Assembly: GCA_031414955.1 (NCBI GenBank)
Contig: JANOQV010000230.1
Span: 14,332 to 78,331 of the forward strand
DNA: 64,000 nt
Source of the DNA: Pedosphaera sp.
GTDB lineage: Bacteria > Verrucomicrobiota > Verrucomicrobiia > Limisphaerales > SIBH01
Direction of reading: 5' to 3'
Positions within the stretch are counted from its first letter, which is position 1; every line of letters begins with the position of its first letter. The position numbers were made by a program, and so were the translations under genes. Below the pieces are notes generated by a model. It was not told the origin of the DNA, ran no database searches, and saw only the letters and a list, made by a program, of their open reading frames with translations. Below, in pieces: positions 61,587 to 64,000 of the stretch.

Positions 61587-62341
61587 TCATTCCCAAGCAT
61601 CCCTTCATCCGGTCGGTGAATTTGAAGCGCGACAAGGTGCCAAGTTTCAAGCGTTACCCTTTCAACCTGCCCTGCGTGACCGGGCTGACGCAGTTGGAGT
61701 TGCATCCGGCGGTGACGTTCTTCGTGGGGGAGAACGGCTCGGGCAAATCGACTTTGCTCGAAGCCATTGCGGTAAAGTTCGGTTTCAATGCCGAGGGTGG
61801 GAGCAAGAACTTCAACTTCAGCACCCGGGAGACGCATTCCGAGCTGCACGAGCATCTCTTCCTCGATCGAGGCACGGCGCGCGCAACCGACGGCTACTTC
61901 CTGCGCGCGGAGAGCTTCTACAACGTGGCCAGCCAAGTGGATGATCTCGGAGCGGGCGGCTACGGGAACAAATCCCTGCACGAGCAGTCGCACGGCGAAG
62001 CCTTCCTCGCGCTCATGACCAACCGTTTCCAGGGCGAGGGCTTCTATCTGCTCGACGAGCCGGAGGCCGCGCTCTCGCCGCTACGGCAGATGAGCGTGCT
62101 CAGTTACCTGCACCGACTGGTCTATCACCACTCGCAACTCATCATCGCCACCCACTCGCCCATCTTGCTCGCTTATCCGCAGGCGTGGATTTATCAATTT
62201 ACCGAGGCCGGCATCGCGCGGGTGAACTACACCGACACCGAGCACTACCAGGTGACGAAGAGTTTTCTGGACCGGCACGAGCGCATGACGGGAATTTTGC
62301 TAGCCGACGAGGAACGTGATTTGAAAAAAACCGAACGATGA
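61583..62341 (+). CDS. Predicted ABC/AAA_21-type ATPase (COG3910-like)
   Basis: VTFFVGENGSGKSTLLEAIA, FLRAESF, QSHGE, LLDEPEAALSP.RQ, IIATHSPIL; ATGA overlaps at both ends. Confidence 0.88.
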
Positions 62342-63102
62342 AAGTGCGAACCATAGTCGTGGATGACGAGCCGCTGGCGCGAGAACGGCTCTTGAAGCTG
62401 CTCCGGGCCGAGCCGCAAATCGAAATCGTAGGCGAGGCGAAGAACGGGCGCGAAGCCGTGGCGCTGATCCGCGAGACCAAGCCCGCGCTGGCCTTTCTCG
62501 ACGTGCAGATGCCGGAGTTGGACGGCTTCGGCGTGCTGGCGGAACTGGCCAAGGGCGAGCGCCCGGCCGTCGTGTTCGTCACGGCCTTCGACAAGTTCGC
62601 GCTCAAGGCTTTCGAGGTTCATGCCATTGATTACCTGCTCAAGCCCTTCGACAAGGAACGCTTCCAGACCGCGCTGCGCCGGGCGCTGGAGCAGCTCGCG
62701 CCCCAGCAGCCCGCGCGGATTCAGGAGCAGCTCGCGGCGCTGCTCCAGGAGTTGCGTCCACCGGCACCAGCCCAGAGCGATCGCCTCGCGGTCAAAGGCG
62801 ACGGCCGGGTGGTGTTCGTGAAGATCAATGACATCGACTGGGTCGAGGCGGCGGACAACTACGTCAGCCTGCATGTCGGCAAAGAGACCCACATGCTGCG
62901 CGAGACGATGACGCACCTCGAACAACGGCTGCCGGCGGAGAAATTCATCCGCATCAGCCGCTCCACCCTCGTGAACATGGAGCGGATCAAGGAATTGCAG
63001 CCGCTGTTTCACGGCGAGTACGCGGTCATGCTGCGCGATGGCACGAAGCTCACCTTGAGCCGTGGTCACCGGGACAAGCTGCCCCAACTCGGCCTGGCGT
63101 GA
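62338..63102 (+). CDS. LytTR-family response regulator
   Basis: VDDEPLAR, FLDVQMP, FVTAFD..AL.AFEVHAIDYLLKPFD; LytTR IDWVEAADNYV..FIRISRS. Confidence 0.96.
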   Translation: MKVRTIVVDDEPLARERLLKLLRAEPQIEIVGEAKNGREAVALIRETKPALAFLDVQMPELDGFGVLAELAKGERPAVVFVTAFDKFALKAFEVHAIDYLLKPFDKERFQTALRRALEQLAPQQPARIQEQLAALLQELRPPAPAQSDRLAVKGDGRVVFVKINDIDWVEAADNYVSLHVGKETHMLRETMTHLEQRLPAEKFIRISRSTLVNMERIKELQPLFHGEYAVMLRDGTKLTLSRGHRDKLPQLGLA

Positions 63103-63156
63103 GCACTTCGCCCCGCCCCGCCAGCACTTCACCCCAGATGGTTTCCGCTTCGCGCC
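63102..63156 (+). promoter_or_regulatory. Putative LytTR operator: three direct repeats with 21-bp period
   Basis: AGCACTTCGCCCC (63102), AGCACTTCACCCC (63123), TCCGCTTCGCGCC (63144). Confidence 0.7.
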
Positions 63157-63191
63157 CGGGGAGAAAACCTTTACTCCTAACCACAACCTGA

Positions 63192-64000
63192 ATGGCCGAG
63201 ACTGACGACAGGATGAAACCGCCCGGGGACTCTGATCCCGCGCGCAAGAAATATGTCCGCGCCGTGGGGCCGCGGCTGCGCCTGTTGCTGGGCGTGGTGT
63301 TCGCCTTGTTCGCGCTGCTCGGAGCGAACTCGGTTTATCTGTCGGCCATCACCTTTCTCGAATGGTCTCGTGGGCTGACCTACCAGAATTACTTCTACAT
63401 GGTCATGTTTGGCGCGCATCTCGTGCTCGGGCTGATCATTGTGCTGCCGGTCATCATCTTCGGCTGCATCCACATCAAGAATTCGCACGACCGGCCCAAC
63501 CGCCGCGCCGTGCGCGTGGGTTACGCGCTCTTTGCCATCGCGATTGTGCTGCTGGTCTACGGCGTGGCCCTGATGCGCTTCGACGCGTTCTCCATCAAAG
63601 ACCCGCGCCTGCGCTCGCCGATTTACTGGGCGCACGTCATCACGCCGCTGCTCGCCATCTGGCTTTATGTGCTGCACCGCCTGGCTGGGCCGCGCATCCA
63701 ATGGCGCGTGGGCGCGAAGTGGTCGGTGGCCGTTGGCGTCCTCGTGCTCGGTGGCGTGGCCATGCACTCGATGCACCCGAAGAAGAACGAGACGGGCTCG
63801 GTCGAGGGCACAAATTACTTCATGCCCTCCTTCGCCCGCACCGCCACGGGCAAGTTCATCCCCGCGCGCACGCTGATGATGGACGACTACTGCCTCAAGT
63901 GCCACGAGGACGCCTACAAGGGCTGGTTCCATAGCTCGCATCATTTCAGCTCGTTCAACAACGAGGCGTATCTCTTCAGCGTGAACGAGACGCGGCAGGT
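63192..64000 (+). CDS. Membrane protein with His-bearing TM helices followed by a c-type cytochrome domain (partial, runs off the window)
   Basis: Not in the ORF track. MAETDDRMKPP...YVRAVGPRLR; ~5 TM segments with His (AHLVLG, IHIK, WAHV, VLHR); CLKCH at 63891-63905, then W.HSSHHFSSFNN. Confidence 0.85.
   Translation, partial: MAETDDRMKPPGDSDPARKKYVRAVGPRLRLLLGVVFALFALLGANSVYLSAITFLEWSRGLTYQNYFYMVMFGAHLVLGLIIVLPVIIFGCIHIKNSHDRPNRRAVRVGYALFAIAIVLLVYGVALMRFDAFSIKDPRLRSPIYWAHVITPLLAIWLYVLHRLAGPRIQWRVGAKWSVAVGVLVLGGVAMHSMHPKKNETGSVEGTNYFMPSFARTATGKFIPARTLMMDDYCLKCHEDAYKGWFHSSHHFSSFNNEAYLFSVNETRQ

Overview
GC-rich bacterial chromosomal window. Gene content (DUF1549/1553, DUF1501, DUF1592/DUF1552, PVC-type CxxCH proteins, lamin-tail/CotH proteins, ASPIC/UnbV) points to the PVC superphylum, most likely Verrucomicrobiota subdivision 3 (inference). 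It holds about 40 CDS: sugar-acid catabolism, an ECF sigma/anti-sigma plus RND module, aroK-queG, amtB plus P-II, large secreted proteins, SWIM-SNF2, an M1 aminopeptidase, a PVC cytochrome/DUF cluster interrupted by a putative R-M cassette, radical SAM plus AsnB-like plus ASPIC/UnbV genes, a LytS/LytTR pair, and a partial membrane cytochrome. Both tRNA-Lys genes (CTT and TTT) are present. The best leads are: (1) a small GIY-YIG gene between tRNA-Lys(TTT) and a partial tRNA copy with a rewritten anticodon arm, whose D-arm sequence supplies the gene's stop codon; (2) a coupled pair of a glutaminase-less AsnB-like ligase and a RaSEA-like radical SAM enzyme, beside ASPIC/UnbV, LytS/LytTR and cytochrome genes, with a 21-bp-periodic LytTR-type operator; (3) a leader-peptide attenuator upstream of a hypothetical gene; (4) an ISAs1-like MITE with a target duplication, plus REP and heptamer palindromes lying in-frame inside proteins; (5) a duplicated ECF promoter motif; (6) a single in-frame TAA splitting a ~2047-codon CotH gene. 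All family calls come from motif recognition by eye; no database searches were run. Many starts were moved downstream of the ORF-track starts.
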